DNA of 63,568 nucleotides, the filler included, from Olpidium bornovanus S191 (lineage: Eukaryota > Fungi > Olpidiomycota), in NCBI GenBank assembly GCA_017911155.1. It is 31 parts of 31 records of this genome, joined end to end, with 100 filler letters (N's around TTAATTAATTAA, not from the genome) between each part and the next. Parts side by side here need not be neighbours in the genome. Positions count along the whole stretch, not along the records: positions 60,834 to 62,395 come from JAEFCI010001010.1; positions 62,496 to 63,568 come from JAEFCI010002326.1; 29 more parts are not named here. One strand, written 5' to 3'. Within the stretch, counting starts at the first letter, position 1. Each line of letters starts with the position of its first letter. Positions 60,734 through 63,568 of the stretch are shown here, piece after piece. The notes under the pieces are model-generated. The model was not told the origin of the DNA and did not search any database. It worked only from the letters and a program-made list of their open reading frames with translations. The position numbers were made by a program, and so were the translations under genes.

Positions 60734-60903
60734 NNNNNNNNNNNNNNNNNNNNNNNNNNNNNNNNNNNNNNNNNNNNTTAATTAATTAANNNNNNNNNNN
60801 NNNNNNNNNNNNNNNNNNNNNNNNNNNNNNNNNCATGTTTTACAGCATCCTTCTGACTATCCAAGCTTTTTCAAGCATCGAAAAAATCACCAAAACCATA
60901 ATA

Positions 60904-61300
60904 AATGGTGGAGCTCCAGGGATGTGACAACGCTGATACGGTTACGACAAACGATACCGGTTGACTGGGCATTTGTTAGCCGTGTGCTTGGGCGCAGTCC
61001 AAAAGCCTGCAAACAAAAGGTCGGGGAAATTTTCTTTATTGGCACCAGGCCTAAAACTGATAAGGCCTTACGCTGGTATTTGCAGATTTACAAATCGCGG
61101 CTACCTGGAACCCTGTCAGAGTTTCGAATAGTTGAGCCCATCGATTGCAAGAAGGCTGGCAGATCAAGGCATTTTTGGACGAAGCGAGAAAGAAATGCTG
61201 TGCAACCATTGCGCAACGTGCACGAGCTCGTCGCGCTGGTTTCGGCTGTCGGAAATCATTCCGTGGCGCTCGATGGAAACCTGCAGAGCAAAAGTACGTA
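60904..61300 (+). CDS. Myb/SANT-repeat protein fragment
   Basis: WWSSRDVTTLIRLRQTIPVDWAFVSRVLGRSPKACKQK and HFWTKRE..ELVALV..VGN show Myb-like W spacing. Confidence 0.55.
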
Positions 61301-62771
61301 ATGTTTGTATTAGACGAGATTTTAAGCGTCAGGACTAACTTGGCGCCTTACCAAGTGGCTGAAGGTCACTCGCCGGTTTGAAAGTCTGACGGAAAGATAG
61401 AATTCAAACGCCGGGGGGGAAGGGGGGGGGGGGGGGGGGTGGTGAGGGAACTGGCAACGGATGAAGGCCCCGCGCTTTCATTCAGTTTTCCGCCCCGGAG
61501 GGGAGGCCGGGGTGCGGGATGGTGAAGGGCCGGAAAGCGTCCGGGAAGCCTATGGAGCAAGGAAAAATCAACAGAGTTCGGAACGACCCAAAAGCAACGG
61601 ATTTTTCAAGACCGATCAGTCCTTAACCGTTCACCATCTAGTCGCGCTTTCCCGCAGGTTTTGTATGGTTTTGTCCCCCTCTGCCATCTCCGCGGCCCCC
61701 CTCCCTACTCCCCTCTCTCCCTTTTTCCTCCCTCCCTTCTCGTTCTCCTCTTTTCTCGCTCCCCTCCATTCTCCCTCGTCTCTCTCCTCATCTTCACCGT
61801 CCCCCCCCCCTCCCCCACTCCACATTCCTCGACCTTTCCATCGGCTTCCCCCGCCCACTTCCCTGAATCCGTATATACTTACTTCGTATTTACGCCACGC
61901 TCTTCCTCCGAAGACGAAAATCATCCCGCCCATTTTTCCCCCTTAAAACAAGACAGTCCAAGCAAATCGAAACTTTCGCGAACCACACCCCTTTCTCACT
62001 CCTCAACGAAGTCCCCACCGTCGCAGAACTTCTTTCTCCTCCCCAAACATGATCATCGTCCATACACCCCCCCCCCGTTTTTTTTCTTTGAATGCGCAAT
62101 GAACTTTTTGTGAATAAAAATTGGCCTGGTCTATCGACTTTTCGCTGTACGGCATTAGCGGGTGGGGCGGGGGGGAAGAGGTGGGGGGGGGGGATGGAAG
62201 GGTTGGGCCGATCTGCGGCCTGAAAAACCTTTCGCCGTATATGTGTGCGCGTGGTTGTAGTGAGGGAGGGGATGCATGCCGGGCGGATGGGACTTTGGGG
62301 GGCGCTGGGTGTTCCGTTAAGGCTGGCGCAGGGGATGCACCGGCGGCAGCTCGTGGAGGGTTGGCGCGCGTGTGCGCACGCGAGTGCAGGCACGGNNNNN
62401 NNNNNNNNNNNNNNNNNNNNNNNNNNNNNNNNNNNNNNNTTAATTAATTAANNNNNNNNNNNNNNNNNNNNNNNNNNNNNNNNNNNNNNNNNNNNCATGT
62501 AATCGCCGCAGTTGCAGTGTTTCGTCTAACGTTCTTCCGGGCGGGGGGGAAGGGAGACGTGGGGGACAGCCGCCAAGTCCCTTTGTGTTTGCGGCATGCG
62601 ACGAACGAGAAACGGGGTTCCGTGTGGAGGTTTCGTTTTCGCCGTTGCGGCCAGGCGCGTTCACCGTAAGCGGAAAGACGCCCCGCGCTTGACATCGCAC
62701 CGAGAGTGCCCGGCGCCGGCCGTGTTTGGTTCAACCCGCTCGCGTCGGGAGCAGCCGGAGCAGTCGCGGAC

Positions 62772-63568
62772 ATGGCTGCCGCCGCGGCTGCCGCGGCGTC
62801 CTCCGTCCCGTGTCGCGCGCTGTCGTGCGGCGGGAGCGCCGTCGCCGCGGCCTTGCCCTTCCGCCGCGCTCGGCCCTGCGCATCCGTGCGGCGTGGCCAT
62901 CTGCGGCGAGAGCGTGAGGCGCGGCCGCACTCCTCCTGCCGGCGCGTGGAGCCCTTGCCCTCGCCGCTCGGCTGGGTGTACCTCGGCCGCGTACCCTACC
63001 GTGCCGGCCTGGCGCTGCAGGAGACCCTCGTGAAGAAGAGGCTTGACGTCCGCGACGGGCACACTGGTGACGCTCATTTCGACAGGGACGTGCTGCTGCT
63101 CCTGGAACACCCCCCGACCTACACCGCAGGAAAGCGACTCAAGGGAAAGGTGGACCAGTGCGAGTCGAATCGGCTGCGAAACCTGGGAGCGGACTTCGTC
63201 GAGGTGCGACCGCCGACGTCGAGGCTCTAAACGGGCGGCGGGAAGTGAGATGACGCCGCGGCCAACTGTTTGACACGTTTCCCCCCCCTGAACGCGCCGC
63301 GGCACGTTTCGTCGCAGGTTCCCCGTGGCGGCCAGACGACCTACCACGGGCCGGGTCAGCTCGTCGGATACCCGCTGTTGGATCTCCCAGGAAACAAGGT
63401 GCCAGATCCCGAAATGACGTCCGGGGACGCCTCTCCTCCTTAACGTCATTACTAAAGATTGACTGCAACAGCTGCCTACCCGCTCCTACGTTGCAAACAT
63501 AGAAGCGCTCATGATAGAGACGTGTCGGAGGCTGGGTCTGGCGGCGAGGACAACGGAGCACACGGGGG
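62772..63568 (+). CDS. LIP2: Mitochondrial lipoyl(octanoyl) transferase LipB/LIPT2, truncated by the window end
   Basis: R/A-rich presequence, [25 protein letters not shown], |[23 protein letters not shown]. Confidence 0.94.

Larger units (their letters stand above)
2186..62495. other. 30 artificial scaffold spacers (N-run/TTAATTAATTAA/N-run, ~100 nt each) separating 31 independent contigs; range spans first to last spacer
   Basis: Identical TTAATTAATTAA core (stops in all six frames) flanked by Ns, e.g. 2186-2286, 4257-4356, 6310-6409 ... 62396-62495. Confidence 0.98.

Noticed and set aside
2230-62451. ORF-track entries ending in X-runs and LIN, and TTAATTAATTAA as a biological repeat or CRISPR
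   Set aside because: These come from the spacer; there are no unique spacers between real direct repeats.
1-63568. Gene neighbourhood or operon-like clustering (e.g. PPTase next to the glycosyltransferase as a biosynthetic cluster)
   Set aside because: Neighbours are separated by artificial spacers, so contig order carries no linkage information.
1-63568. rRNA, tRNA, CRISPR arrays or prokaryotic operons
   Set aside because: None recognisable by eye; tRNAscan/Infernal were not run, so small ncRNAs cannot be excluded.

Overview
This is eukaryotic, GC-rich, intron-containing DNA, not one locus. It consists of 31 short contigs (about 1-4.6 kb) joined by 30 artificial ~100-nt spacers (N-run + TTAATTAATTAA + N-run), so adjacency across spacers means nothing and most genes are partial. 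Gene content points to a flagellated, early-diverging fungus: fungal-type genes (VPS17, PalC-like BRO1, CAF16, TGL2, LYS5-type PPTase, AVT2-like, CSC1/PHM7) occur with ciliary genes (IFT140, TMEM67/meckelin, DNAAF3). An Olpidium-like source is my unverified impression. Other genes recognised: INTS11 fragment, TAF13, METTL16, TRM6, OLA1, ELMO-like, LSM1, STK32/YANK kinase, uL1, RHEB, DusA-type synthase, LIP2, a Myb-repeat fragment, a two-domain glycosyltransferase-like protein and a dsRBD-like orphan. Decayed Copia, Gypsy and MULE elements are present, including an LTR nested in a Copia protease. The strongest novelty candidate is a spliced gene at 336-2185 that fuses a CRP-like cyclic-nucleotide-binding domain, in frame and within one exon, to an LdhA-type NAD-dependent D-lactate dehydrogenase. 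Also notable are a recurrent non-coding TCACGTGA palindrome near gene starts and CATG (NlaIII-site) contig ends that signal library-derived breaks and at least one probable chimera. All family calls come from my own motif recognition and hand splicing; no database searches were run.
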